DNA of 64,000 nt from Caecitellus pseudoparvulus. Its lineage: Eukaryota > Protista > Bigyra: Bicosoecida. The translations under genes and the position numbers were made by a program. Of this stretch, positions 35,692 to 47,000 are shown one piece after another. Location: positions 248,001 to 312,000 of the forward strand of contig CBFFRQ010000067.1 in assembly GCA_965644315.1 (NCBI GenBank). The letters are read 5' to 3'. The stretch's first letter is position 1. Each line of letters begins with the position of its first letter. Below the pieces are notes generated by a model that saw only the letters and a program-made list of their open reading frames with translations, had not been told where the DNA came from and did not search any database.

Positions 35692-38600
35692 TCAGGTTTT
35701 CCCGTCTTCCACCGGCTCCTGCATCGCAGCGGCACGGAACGCCCCGACACATGCCCATGCCGCACTGCGTCGCGCCTTGCGCTCCAGGCTGGCCATACTG
35801 CACATGCCCACAGCACCCACTCTCCGTGCACCACTGTGCTCCTTGTGTGTAAGGTTCAGCACCCACCACGCCAGGTGCGGCCAGTCGTTCGCCACGGCAC
35901 GTTGCAGGAGCGCCGTTGCGTTGTGCAGGAGCCCAGCTCGCACATCCTCCGAAGCTGCGCGGAACAGCACTGCCAACGTGGCTTCTTGACCATGCGCACT
36001 CGCCATGGCCCATGCTTGCGCCTGCACCTTGTCCCAGGACGCGTCGCTGGAGGCCGCAGTGAGGAGAAGACTTGCCGCCCAGGGCTGGCCCGCCCGGCAC
36101 GCCTGCAAAAATGCCGCCTGCTGGCCCCGAAGCAGGCTGCCCCCCCTGTCGATCTCATCTTCATCTTGGCGAAATTCTTCCGCTGTGCGCTCAAGGAGTG
36201 ACTGCAGCAAGGTGACGTGGCCCCACTCGGCAGCTGCCTCGAGTGCGATGAGCGGCGCAGAGTCGTCGCAGCCGACACACGCGTCAAGCAATTGGTGGAC
36301 AACTGTGTGGCTTCCACGCTGTGCTGCCGCTTGCACAGTACTGCTGGCAGGGGCGGCATGCGCACGAGCTAGGAGGGTCGAAACCACTGCGGTGCAGCTG
36401 TCAGGCGCGCTGGCAGAAGTCACGGATGCCAGCAAGCACTCGTCCAGGTGTTGCGACAAGAACGACTCACCGGCAAAGTCCAGCGCAGCATGCACTGTGC
36501 CAACACAACCACTGGCACACGCTGCCAGCACCACTGCATGGGCAACGCCCTTCGCCTTCGGGCTGCCACTAATGCTCAGGATCTGTTGCAGGCGGGTTTG
36601 CTGGAACGCAGGTAAGCCCCGGCCCTGCAGCAGCCATTTCAAGCCACCAGAAAAGCCCGCAGTTGCGGCAGAGACCAAGAACAACCTGTGCTGATCAGGG
36701 GACAAGTCCTCTGCCGCATCAACAAGACTTGCCTGCAGCATGCTGGACACTTCAAGGTGTCCATGCTCCGCTGCGTGGCACGCACTCCGGGCATGCAGGC
36801 TGGCCACCCCAGCCTTCGCACCGGACAGTAGCCACTGCACAATGTGTTCGTGTCCGCCTGCACATGCACGCTGCAGTACGGCGGCATACCAGTCCATCTC
36901 AACACCCGGTGCCTGCTGCAGGTGTCGCACCGCTTGCCCCGTTTCACCGCTTGCTTGCCGAAGCGCCTCAATATCAACCAGTGCCTCACTCTGAGACGCT
37001 GCAGCGAAGTCTTCAAAGCCCGCAACACATAATCGCAGAATGAGCACAAGGTGGTGCACGTCACCGCCCCCAGCGGCTCCCAGCACGCCTGCCTCCACCG
37101 CTCTCGGCCACTCCTTTGCCCCGACGGCACTCTGCACCCACTGCAGGCAGGACAGGAGCGTGCCTGTGCAAGCACTGCGCACTGATGCCTCCACCAACTT
37201 CTCTGCGTATTCTGCTCGCAGCGCATGCCCCTCTCCGCGTAGCTCGAGCAACTCAACAGAGCTATCCCACCGCATCTTCTCTGCTGCAGCCGCTGCCGCG
37301 TGCAGGATGGCAGATTCGAGGGAGAGAGCGGTGGCAGACTCGCCTTCGTCAAACTTACCGCGCTCTGCGTCTTGGAACACTTTGAAGGCACCAAGCGAGC
37401 GCAGAGTCTCCACAGCAACTGCCACACAGTGCGTGTTGCCTGCGCTGGCAAGAGCGCGTGACGCCCCAGCACACAAAAGAGCGTGTGACGAAGCGTGGCC
37501 TGTCGCCGCTTCCAGCGCCCCAGACGCCGAGGGCGTCTGCGAGCAAGCTGCTGCACACTCTGCCAGCAGCCAGCGCAGAACCTCTGTGAATCCGCCACCA
37601 CTCGCAGCTTCAACGGCGCCGCCTAGATCGCTGGCCCAGAACTCCAGCGGAGCCGGTGGCAACGCCCACACCTCCTGCACCATGTCCAGGCTGCCACTCA
37701 CACACGCCCACTTCAAAGCGTCCCTGTGACTGAGCCAGCTGGGCCAATGACCTTCCAAGCGCCGCAAAGCTGCGAGAACAGGCACGCTCCCACCTGCCAC
37801 GCCAGAGAGGTACGCTCGCGGGTTGTCAGGCAGTGACAGCGGTTGCCAGGGCGGCGGCGGGCCCAGAAAGTACTGCACTGCCGTCTCCTGGCCGTGCAGG
37901 GCAGCCAGCTCCAGCAGGCACCCTCGCCGCCAAGCTGTGACCATGGGCTGCGCGGGACCGCTCCAACCCCCCTGCACGAGCTTGGACATGCTGCGAAGGA
38001 GCGGGACGTTCCCTGCCGCGGCGGCCAGCTGGCACCCGGCCAACCACAGCTGCCCTTGCCCTGTCCACATGTCAGATACGCCGTCCCAAGCACTGCCAGT
38101 CCAGCGGTGGCCCTTGCTCAGCGGCAATGGCCAGGAATGCTCTCCGCCAACTGCGCCCGCCAGCCCCCGCACCACCTCGAACACGAACAGCTCATCCCCC
38201 TCCACACCCTGCTGCATGCCGTGCAGGAGAGCCGTGACGGCGTCCAGAGGCCTGGGCTGGTGCTGGGTTGGGGCGTGGCCTGCCTGTGGCAGGTGACTCA
38301 CCAAGTGGCTGGAAATGGCTGACGCCAGACTCGCCGCGCTGCGAATGGTGTCTGCCGCCGCCAGACAAGCAGGCAGCAACTTGCCCCACACTGGAGCATC
38401 CAGGGGAACTGCAAAGCGCCCCAGCAGAGCCAGCGCCAGAGCGTGCACGGCTGGTTCAGGGCACGCACCGGCCCCACCTTCGCCAGCCCACGCTGCGATG
38501 CGACGCAGCAGGTTTACACTCGGCCAGGCCTGTGCGTCGCCCGTGGGCCAGGCATGGGGTGGCCACTGCGCCTTTCCGTACGCCCCTTTCCACTCCGAGG

Positions 38601-38874
38601 CATGCCCCCACCGCGCGGTGCCCTGGACTGGGCAGGGCGGCAGCGAACTTGCAGCTGGTTTCCAGTCCCTGTCGCTGGTGCCTTGGTCTGCGGGCGAGGG
38701 GGTGACACAGTGCGCACAGGAGCATGGAGCGTTGGAAATTGGAGGGCGTATAGCGTGTGTGCTCAGCATTGTTGTCCCTTGCCCAGCGTGCGTGGGCGTA
38801 CGTTGCAAGGAGTCAAATGGTGCCGACGCAGCCGTGTCTGCACCGACGGCGGAGGAGCTCGCCCCGCATCCCAT
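35692..38874 (-). CDS. Degenerate ankyrin-repeat protein with N-terminal acylation motif
   Basis: Start MGCGASS at 38874; many LxxAAxxGHxxxVxWLL-type units (AALHGQETAVQYFL, ACVSGSLDMVQ, ACAGGHEHIVQWLL, AAEHGHLEVSSML, AAEWGHVTLLQSLL). Confidence 0.7.
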   Translation of the reverse strand: MGCGASSSAVGADTAASAPFDSLQRTPTHAGQGTTMLSTHAIRPPISNAPCSCAHCVTPSPADQGTSDRDWKPAASSLPPCPVQGTARWGHASEWKGAYGKAQWPPHAWPTGDAQAWPSVNLLRRIAAWAGEGGAGACPEPAVHALALALLGRFAVPLDAPVWGKLLPACLAAADTIRSAASLASAISSHLVSHLPQAGHAPTQHQPRPLDAVTALLHGMQQGVEGDELFVFEVVRGLAGAVGGEHSWPLPLSKGHRWTGSAWDGVSDMWTGQGQLWLAGCQLAAAAGNVPLLRSMSKLVQGGWSGPAQPMVTAWRRGCLLELAALHGQETAVQYFLGPPPPWQPLSLPDNPRAYLSGVAGGSVPVLAALRRLEGHWPSWLSHRDALKWACVSGSLDMVQEVWALPPAPLEFWASDLGGAVEAASGGGFTEVLRWLLAECAAACSQTPSASGALEAATGHASSHALLCAGASRALASAGNTHCVAVAVETLRSLGAFKVFQDAERGKFDEGESATALSLESAILHAAAAAAEKMRWDSSVELLELRGEGHALRAEYAEKLVEASVRSACTGTLLSCLQWVQSAVGAKEWPRAVEAGVLGAAGGGDVHHLVLILRLCVAGFEDFAAASQSEALVDIEALRQASGETGQAVRHLQQAPGVEMDWYAAVLQRACAGGHEHIVQWLLSGAKAGVASLHARSACHAAEHGHLEVSSMLQASLVDAAEDLSPDQHRLFLVSAATAGFSGGLKWLLQGRGLPAFQQTRLQQILSISGSPKAKGVAHAVVLAACASGCVGTVHAALDFAGESFLSQHLDECLLASVTSASAPDSCTAVVSTLLARAHAAPASSTVQAAAQRGSHTVVHQLLDACVGCDDSAPLIALEAAAEWGHVTLLQSLLERTAEEFRQDEDEIDRGGSLLRGQQAAFLQACRAGQPWAASLLLTAASSDASWDKVQAQAWAMASAHGQEATLAVLFRAASEDVRAGLLHNATALLQRAVANDWPHLAWWVLNLTHKEHSGARRVGAVGMCSMASLERKARRSAAWACVGAFRAAAMQEPVEDGKT

Positions 38875-39395
38875 GAGAAGCACAGGAGACCTGTGCGCGC
38901 GGAGAACGTGCAACTGGGTGCTTGTGAGCTCGAATGGTGAACCCTCGTGCAGCACCGGGCAGGTCTGTGCGTGCGGCTTGAGCGGGCAACTCGGCGAGGT
39001 TGGGCCAGGTCGCCGCGCTGCGAATCGAGTTCAGAGGCTCAGGGGACGAAGCACCAGACCGGAAGCAGTATGCAGGAAGCCCCATATACAATGGGCATGA
39101 TACCGCTCTGCTTCTCACCTTCAGTTCAGAGATTGGCCCAGGAGAGCGGTGACTGGCAAGCGGCGTTTCATGTGCGCAACGCCGTCGCCAGCAACTGCGA
39201 GCAGAGCAGGCCACTCAGCACTGCGCAATGTGCCGCGCTTCCCAAAATGACCCAGGTGCACAGCCCCACAAGCTGCACCTTGCAATCCACCGCGCAACAC
39301 TCGCCAGCTCGCACCCTGCCTGCCATCGAGCACTTACGCGTTGTTTCTGGTCTGCGTTTTGACGAGCAGCTGCAGCTGCCGTGGGCCGGCACAGC

Positions 39396-41282
39396 ATGAG
39401 CCGCGCCGCAAACTTGCCGCAGGACGTGTGGCAGCACCACCTCATTCCTTTCCTCGATGTGCCCAGCCTCGGCAAGGCCGAGTGTGTGTGCCCTCAGTGG
39501 GCGGCACACGCCAGCCAGGCGTCTGCTTGGCAGAGCAAGCTCCCGCAGGCGCCATCGCCCGACACCCTCCACGCCCCCTTGGCACATGCCCAGAGTGGTG
39601 TGCCGATCGCGACGCAAGTTGCGGCAGCCAAATCCGCGCTGGCAGGCGTCAGGCAAGCCAGCGCCGCCCAATTGGTCAAGTGGATGGCTTGCCTTCCAGC
39701 GGCACAGCACACGGCTCGCCAAGGGCAACCCAAGCAGGAGTGCATCGTGCGGTTTGCCTTTGACACTGTCCGTGCACGCCTCAACTCCGGCATGGCGGTG
39801 CGGAGGACGGACAGCGGCTGCGCAGGCGGGACGGAGCAAATTCCGCAGCACACGCAGCCGCCGCCAGGCGCAGACTTGGCGCCCAGTGTGGTGATTGAGC
39901 ACGAGCTGCGATTCATGTCTCCAGCTGCAGCTTGGCTGCGGTGGGGGCTGGACTGGTGCCAGCACACGCTGCTCCTTCTGGTGCCGCCCAGTGGCCTGGT
40001 TGTGTTTTTTGCGTTGCTGGGCGCTCGCATGGACGGCTACATCAGCCTGTCCTACCTGTCCATCTTCTCCATCCTCGTCGGCATCACCTCAGTCGTGGTG
40101 CTGGTGGGCATCCTCGCCATCGCCACTCGCGTCCTGACAGAGCAGGCCCGCCGTGCCCTGTACCGGGCAGGCCTGCTGGTCTCCAAGCAACACGGCAGCA
40201 CTGCGTTGCCAGCGTACAACGCAGCGGCTTCGTGGGCAGCAGCCTGCGCCTCGGAGGGTAGAGCCCCCCTCACCTTGCGCCAGCTGCGATGGCACTTGGC
40301 GTGGCTGCCCAATGGGGATGTGGAGCGGCGGTTCACGCTGTGGGGCATGGCAATGTGGTGGCTCATTCGGCGCGTGCAGCAGCCCAAGCAGCATCTGGTG
40401 TGGGCCCTGGCAGCCAGCACCGTCACGCTGTTCTTCGCCAGCCCCATCGCGCTGGCGCTGAAGGCCACAGGCGTGTGGGTGGACTTGCCGCTGGGCTGGC
40501 GCACTGCCATGCTCCCTGCACTGCTCGTCCTGCTCGCAACCCTCCTGTGGCCCAATGTCATCGGCATGACGTACGGCACCATCCCCGCATACCTGCGGTT
40601 CGGGTACAACCTCGTCTGCTGCCCCCTCGCCCTACCCCTGGTTGCCACCCTCACGCTGTGGGCCTTGCGTCTAGACGGTATGGACGTGTCGCTAGAGGCG
40701 GTGTTTCTTCCCGTGTGGCTCAGTGCTGGGGCGCTGACAGCCACGGCGTTGATTGGGGCCATTGCTGCAGCATGTGCATCTGGCACATGCACCCGCCAGG
40801 CCAAGACGGCGCCACCTGCGCTGCACACGGCTCGGACCAGCCCCACACCCACCCGCCAGCCAAGCACCCTGCGGAATCGAGGCGCCTCCTCGGCTTTCTC
40901 CGCGACGGCGCCACGGCACCCCCGCTCGGCAGATGACACGAGCAGCGCATCTCTCCTCGTCTACCCTGCTGTGGCTGGCGCGCTGCTGTGCTGCCTGCTC
41001 GTCGCGGCGCTGCTGTTGTTGTATTTCAAGGTCGCAGCTGACGAGGCAGGGGCGGAGGCTGCCAGGGCTGGTCGCGCCATGCCCCACGCCAACCGCTCAG
41101 CTCGCTGGTGGACGTCATGGTCCTTCGCCATCGCCCCCACGTGGGCCCTGTCCCTGGCTGTTCTCGCTGCTGCCGTTATCATCCGGCGCCGTGTTCTGCA
41201 TGCCCAGGCCCGGTGGGTGGCGACACACGCTGAGCGGTGGCAAGAACGCCTGGCATTCGGCAAGGCCACGCGCGCAGCGTGA
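39396..41282 (+). CDS. F-box + TMEM185 (transmembrane Fragile-X-F)-like membrane protein
   Basis: N-terminal LPQDVWQHHLIPFLDVPSLGKAECVCPQW fits the F-box pattern; repeated hairpins LLGARMDGYISLSYLSIF, LWALRLDGMDVSLEAVFLPVW, SWSFAIAPTW fit the TMEM185 family. Confidence 0.65.
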   Translation: MSRAANLPQDVWQHHLIPFLDVPSLGKAECVCPQWAAHASQASAWQSKLPQAPSPDTLHAPLAHAQSGVPIATQVAAAKSALAGVRQASAAQLVKWMACLPAAQHTARQGQPKQECIVRFAFDTVRARLNSGMAVRRTDSGCAGGTEQIPQHTQPPPGADLAPSVVIEHELRFMSPAAAWLRWGLDWCQHTLLLLVPPSGLVVFFALLGARMDGYISLSYLSIFSILVGITSVVVLVGILAIATRVLTEQARRALYRAGLLVSKQHGSTALPAYNAAASWAAACASEGRAPLTLRQLRWHLAWLPNGDVERRFTLWGMAMWWLIRRVQQPKQHLVWALAASTVTLFFASPIALALKATGVWVDLPLGWRTAMLPALLVLLATLLWPNVIGMTYGTIPAYLRFGYNLVCCPLALPLVATLTLWALRLDGMDVSLEAVFLPVWLSAGALTATALIGAIAAACASGTCTRQAKTAPPALHTARTSPTPTRQPSTLRNRGASSAFSATAPRHPRSADDTSSASLLVYPAVAGALLCCLLVAALLLLYFKVAADEAGAEAARAGRAMPHANRSARWWTSWSFAIAPTWALSLAVLAAAVIIRRRVLHAQARWVATHAERWQERLAFGKATRAA

Positions 41283-41341
41283 AGAACCCCCGTCTGTGAA
41301 TGCATGTTGCTGCTTGTGGGAGGAGGGGGTCCAGTGTGCCG

Positions 41342-43520
41342 TCACTTGGTGCTGGAGGGGCCGTTCGCGCCATTTCGCAGCGCGACCAGCGCCTTGTCAA
41401 ACGTCACTGTCATGGCGCCTGCGCACCACCGCCCGCCCGCCCACTCCAACTGTGCAGTGCCAACAAAGGCAGACAGCATGCTGGCCAGCCCACGCACCCT
41501 GCTCTTGGCGTCAGACCGGGCAGCCTTCCCCTCCGCGCTTCGGTCGGCCAGCGCGGCAGTCAAGGCGGCAGCGTCTGCACCGAGACATCGCTGCAGCAGC
41601 GCTGGCTGCAGCTGCACACGCAATGCACCCGTTTCATCTGCCAGACGGATGGTGAGGGCGTACCCTGCCTTGTACGCGAGGCTGCCTAGCACGGCTGTGC
41701 AGACACAGCGCAGAGTCAAGGCGGAGCCGGGCTGCTGACGAGTCACCGCTGTAGCCACACTGACGGCCTCAGGCGGCATGCTGCGCCGTGTAGGGAACCG
41801 CTGGGGTGGCACCATGGCCTTTGTGGGGGCCTCTTGGCCCATCGGCTTGGCGGGCGCTGGTGCTTGGGTGGCATGCCGCGCCGCATCCGCTTGCGAGCTG
41901 GTCGCAGTCGCCGAGGTTGCTGCCTGCGTCTCCTCGCCATAGTCAAAGGCGCCACCCACAGCACTGGCTTGGGATGCATCCACGCTCTCTGGCTGTGCGG
42001 ATGATGTCGTTGTGTGGGCGGGGGCGTGGCCCTGCACACGCTCCGTCTCAATGGCCACAGTCTGCAGCCCATGCACGAGGCTGGAGTGGTGGCGCCGACG
42101 CTTGGGGGGGCTGACCGCCACGGCAGCTGCGGCCGCAGTGGCTGCGGCTGACCCACCCCTTGTCCAGGATGGGGGAGACGCCACGGCAGCCAGGTTGACG
42201 GACACATCTAGTACGGCGCTGGAGGGGGGGCTGGAGGGGGGTGGCGACCCCCCCCCTTCCCCCCCTGCCTCGAAGATCTCCAGCACCTCAGGCGACCCCC
42301 AGGACTTCCCGCTGGCCGGGCTGCGGGGGCGTTTGCGGGGACACTGAGGAGTCACCTCCGCCCCCTGCGTTGTGGCTGACTCAGGGACTGTGCAGCGAAC
42401 CTGCTCTCCACCAGCAGCCGCAGCGGCGGCAGCGGCCTCTGCTTGCAGGGCTGCCTGTACCGCAGCAGCCTCCCACTCAGCTTCTGTGTCGGCTGCGGGT
42501 ACCGGTGGGGGCGACGGGCCGCGGGCGTCTTCTTCGAACAACTGCCGCGCAATTGCTTCGTCCTCCTCACACGGCTCCTCCCAGTCGTCGTGACCTACAG
42601 AGAGCTGGTGCCGCTGTGGCTCAGGCGGCGGCGGAGGGGGGGTGGTGTGGGTGGATGCCCTGTCCACGCCGCCTGCCGTGTGTGATGGGCGCACCCTCTC
42701 CGCGCTGGGCCCACCTGCCGCGACTGCCGCTTCCGCCGCGAGGTCCCGGCGCTGCTGGCGGTGCACTGCCTCCTCCCGCACAACGTGCGCCTCCGCCACA
42801 GCGCCCTGTAGGTGTTCCAGATTCGGAACACTGCCGCCAAGCAGCTTGCAATTTCCGGCGTGCAGCAACCACACGCCCCGCCGCACCGTCACACCCTGCA
42901 CGAGGAGCTTAGCCCCCGCAGCGGTCTTCACAGACACCTCGGGCATGGGCCGGTACCTGGTGCGCAGGGAGGGGGGTGCAGGGGGGTGCAAGGGGGGGGG
43001 GTCATCAAGATGGGAAGGTGCGTGCCTTGCAACGCACTCAATGCCAGTCACTTGCTGCTGCCCGTCGCACAGCGCGAGCTTGAGACACCGCCGCCCCACA
43101 TCCTCCTGCGCCTCGGCAGCCTTGGCACCGATGTTCAGCACCTCGTCGATCTGCGGGGGCAAGTTTGCCGTCGTGAGGCGATGGGCGTTCAGTCGCGCTG
43201 CGGCTCACTCCGCACCTGCAGAATGTGCTTGTCTGCGAGGACTTCCTTGTGCAGCGCATGGGCATCGGGCGGTAAAGATCCATCGGACCAATCTCGAATA
43301 TCGTGCAGAAGCAGCTGCTCAAACACTGCCTCTTGGGCCCTGAGGACAGGGGGTGAGAAGGGAGAGTTGCGCTTTGCCCGCGTTTCAAACGCGTTTCGCA
43401 CACGCACGCCTCCGGACTGGTGCCCTCCGCTGCCAGCAGCTTCACACACTGCGCGATCCACTCGAAGGATACCTGACATCCTTGAGCACGGAACTCATCT
43501 TGGATACCACGGGGGTCCAT
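41342..43520 (-). CDS. RMI1: RecQ-mediated genome instability protein 1 (N-terminal helical + OB fold, linker, C-terminal OB fold); spliced
   Basis: VSFEWIAQCV, VFEQLLLHDIRD..SLP, ILQ/IDEVLNIG, RCLKLALCDGQQQVTGIE/YRP...GAKLLV..VTVRRGVWLL...LLGG, and C-terminal ALTIRLADETG...LSAFVG. Confidence 0.8.
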
Positions 43521-44001
43521 GGTCCCCCCTGCCTTGCAGTGTCGGTCAGCCGAGCATGAGCCTGGCGCATGCACAGCTCGCCACTTTGAACCCAAGCCAA
43601 GCCCAAACGCCCAGATGCTCCAAAGTGATGCCCAGCTACAGCACTAAGACTGTGCTCTTGAGGCGCATTCCACAATAAATAGAGTTATAGCAAACATTGC
43701 AAGTTGACAAACTCCACCAAAACTGCCAAGTCAAATGGTCTGACGGATTCAGGCATGCTCGCTATACATCCAAAGCAAAACCCCTTTCCATGAGCACAGC
43801 AGCCTACACAAGTGTCCCTGCTCTCTTCGGCGAAGCGGGTGTCAGCAATGCCGCTTTCCTTCCACGTCTGCACAGCAAGGCAGACTACAGCCGCAGGCCA
43901 TGCCACACTCTGGCTCACGTGGTGACCTGGTACATGATCAAAGGCACCTGGCGCCAAGGCGCTCGCCTGGAAAGGCCTACCTCACTCACATCTTGCATTC
44001 T

Positions 44002-47000
44002 TTACATGCGCAACCCACGCAGCTCAACAGGCAGGTACGCGTCTTTGAACAGCCCCCACCAGCCAGCGAAGTCCACGAAGTCTGTATCAGACAGATGTGG
44101 TGCGTCACTTGAGCTGACGTGAACGTAGTGCACGTCGAAGTGTACGTGATCCAAAGTGACTTCCGGGCCAGGGCCACTGCCGACGCCAGCCAACAGCTGC
44201 TTCATTGTGCGCTCATCGTGGCCAGCCTTCTGCAACTCCTCCAAAGTCTGCTGCTTGATGGTGAAGCGGACCCTGCCCACACTCTCCCCGGATCCGCTCT
44301 GCTCAGCCTCGTCCTCAGTCTCTGCCTGAGCCTGACACACCAGCCTCACTGGCATGTCCATGCCGTGCAAGATACAGTTGGCAATGGTATGCTGCCCGTC
44401 TACCTCCTCCTTGGCCTGATCCACCTGCAGCTTGCTCCCAGCCAGACCTGGCGATGCACAGCTGCGGTTGATCATGAACGCCAAGACATCGATGCAGTGT
44501 CCGCTGACGTCCGAATCTTCTGGCAAGCCAAGCTGCGCCAACACCTTCTTGGGGACTGCGGCCTTGCCCTGGCCGTGCCTAGCCATGGAGCTTCTGCTCG
44601 CCTCGACGAACACCACCGAGAACCGATGGGGCTTGCGCACGTCAGATCCGCTCTCGCCGCTGTCCCCATCAGCATCTGCTGCTCGGGACACAATGATGAA
44701 GTCCAAAGCAGGGAAGCTTCGCGGAGTCCGGACCACGCGGCGCTCGCCAGGGCGCATTTGCCTCCACTTCCGCAAGGCACCCAGGTCAAGGACTTTCCCC
44801 CCACCCTTCCCCCCCCCCGCAGCGCGGAGCATGTCGTCGTTCCCCAAGGCCCATGCGTTGAGGGGCACGGTGGACAAGTCCTGCGACCCCAGTGCGTGGA
44901 GGGGCGGGGCATGCCGCGGGCTCGCCGACCCCAACGGGGTCATGCCTGCCCCAAGCAAGCCCAGTAGCAGGATTGTACGGGTGTGCTTCACGAATTCGTC
45001 ACTTCCAGGAAGCAGTGTTGCGGCCTCCAAGAAATCTGCAACCGCTTCGTGCACGGCAGGATCCGTGACCTTGGATGTCTGCAGCAGCTCCCCAAGGGCC
45101 TTCACCATGGCCACCAGTGCCGCGGAGGATGACAGCGTTGCCGTCCTGAGAGTTGGCAGACGCGGGTCACGATGGTGGACCCGCTGGACAATCGACGAAG
45201 TTGTAAGACTGGCAAAGACGTTGCAGCCCTTGTCGAGGCTGAAGTCCTTGGCTGGGTCCGCCAGCATGGTGTTAAGTTCTGCTTCCTTGTCCTCCCAGTA
45301 CGCCACACACTGGCTCTTCATCTCTTCGATCCGCCCCACCAGCACACTCTGAGCGTGCGCTTGAAATGCATCTGCATCTTCAAACACGGCATCAGGCGCG
45401 TCCTGAAGCAGCCAGTGGATGCTGCGTGTGTCCCCTGCCACCAGTCGCACGTAGCCCTCCAGCGTGCGTGAGTACGCAGCATCTTTCATCTTCTCCCGGC
45501 GCTTCTCTGGCACCTGCAAGCACAAGTCCTCAGGGCTCTTGAAGCAGCTCTCGACCTTGGAGCCCTCCTTCACTGACACACCGCGCCCTGCGCATTCATA
45601 CCCTGCAGTACCCTTCAACAGTGCCAGTGCTAGGTCGGGCGGCACTTGCCTCATTTCAAAGAATGGGTGGTGGTCCCAAGCAAAGAATGGCAGTTTGCGA
45701 CGATGTACCTTCGAGTCAGGGGAGTATGCGAAGAGGTACTGACCTGTCTGGGACCAAGCCGTTGTAGAGAACCAGAAGCCTTCCACTGACCTTGTCATGC
45801 TTGAGTACAAATCCGGATCAAAGTGGTCCACATGGATCCGTTTCTCAAGCCGATTCACCTCATCCATGACCAGTGCGCTGAGACTGTCAGTCCTGACCAA
45901 CGCCATAGGGGACCCGAAGTGTCCATCAATGCCACAGAACAGCTCCTTCGTACCCCGCAGCGCTGTGGCCGGCTTCCCGATCTGCATCAAGGCACGAGAC
46001 ACGTCTGGCCATGACAATGCAGCCCCACACGACAGGCTCAGGCACGCCTGGAACGCCCCGACCATGGTTTCCTCCCACGCACTGTCGTCCAGGGCTGAGG
46101 CGTCAAACTTCGACGTGGCATCGCCGGCACTTGGCAACACAGTGGCTGCATCTGGGAAGAAGGCAACATCGCCCCCTGCCCCGATGCTCACCACAGATGC
46201 AAGCAAGCGCAATGTTGCGGACTTGCCAATGCCATGGGGCCCGCTCAGTGCAACCCCTAGATCGGGAGCATTCAGTGACCGAGCAGCCTGCCGCACTGCC
46301 AGCAGCCTGTCTGGTGTCAGCAGGTGCGTCATGAACATGCACGGCTGCCAGCCAGCATCGATTCTTGCGTCACCGCTCCCCGTCTCTGAAGGCAGCATGG
46401 CACAGTCAAACCCCGGCGTCACAGTCTGCAGCATCACGCCGTCTAAGACCCCAATGTCCACGCGCGTCTTGTTCTGAGCTCGAAGGTGGGCCACAATCTG
46501 CGGGGACACGGGGTACCGCACCAACACGCCACCAACCCTGCCGGCCTGGTCAAAGACTGGCTTGCACCCCTTGCTCCACACCGACGGATCAAGTTCAAGC
46601 GGCGACGCATCGTCGGCACGGGGGCCGCTGTGCTCTGCCATGAACTTGGCCACAGACCACTCGTCGAAGGTGCAATTACGGAGACAATCCCCCAGCTCAA
46701 GCATCCACCCGAAGTTGTCTTTCAGCGCTGTCAAGCTTGCTTCGTCGGCCACTCCAGTGTACGACGACGGCAAGGTGTGCCGCTGAATCATCACGGCCAG
46801 CTCCTGGCTCCTGCCGCTTGCCTGCAAAATCCCACATCTATTGGGAATGCCTACATTCTCAACTGAGCTCTTGCCCGCCTATGCCACGAATGAATCGATT
46901 TCCTCTTGCAAGACTTGGGCCTTCTCATATGTGTCCAGCAGCCCAGAGGTAAAGGCTCGCACAGGCGGGAAAGCTTTCACGCCTGCCGTCTCCAAAAGTG

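Noticed and set aside
46879-46881. Genome-wide stop-codon reassignment suggested by the in-frame TAG
   Set aside because: Multi-kb conserved ORFs (channel, CHD) contain no in-frame stops, and the claudin-like gene and CHD appear to end on TAG.
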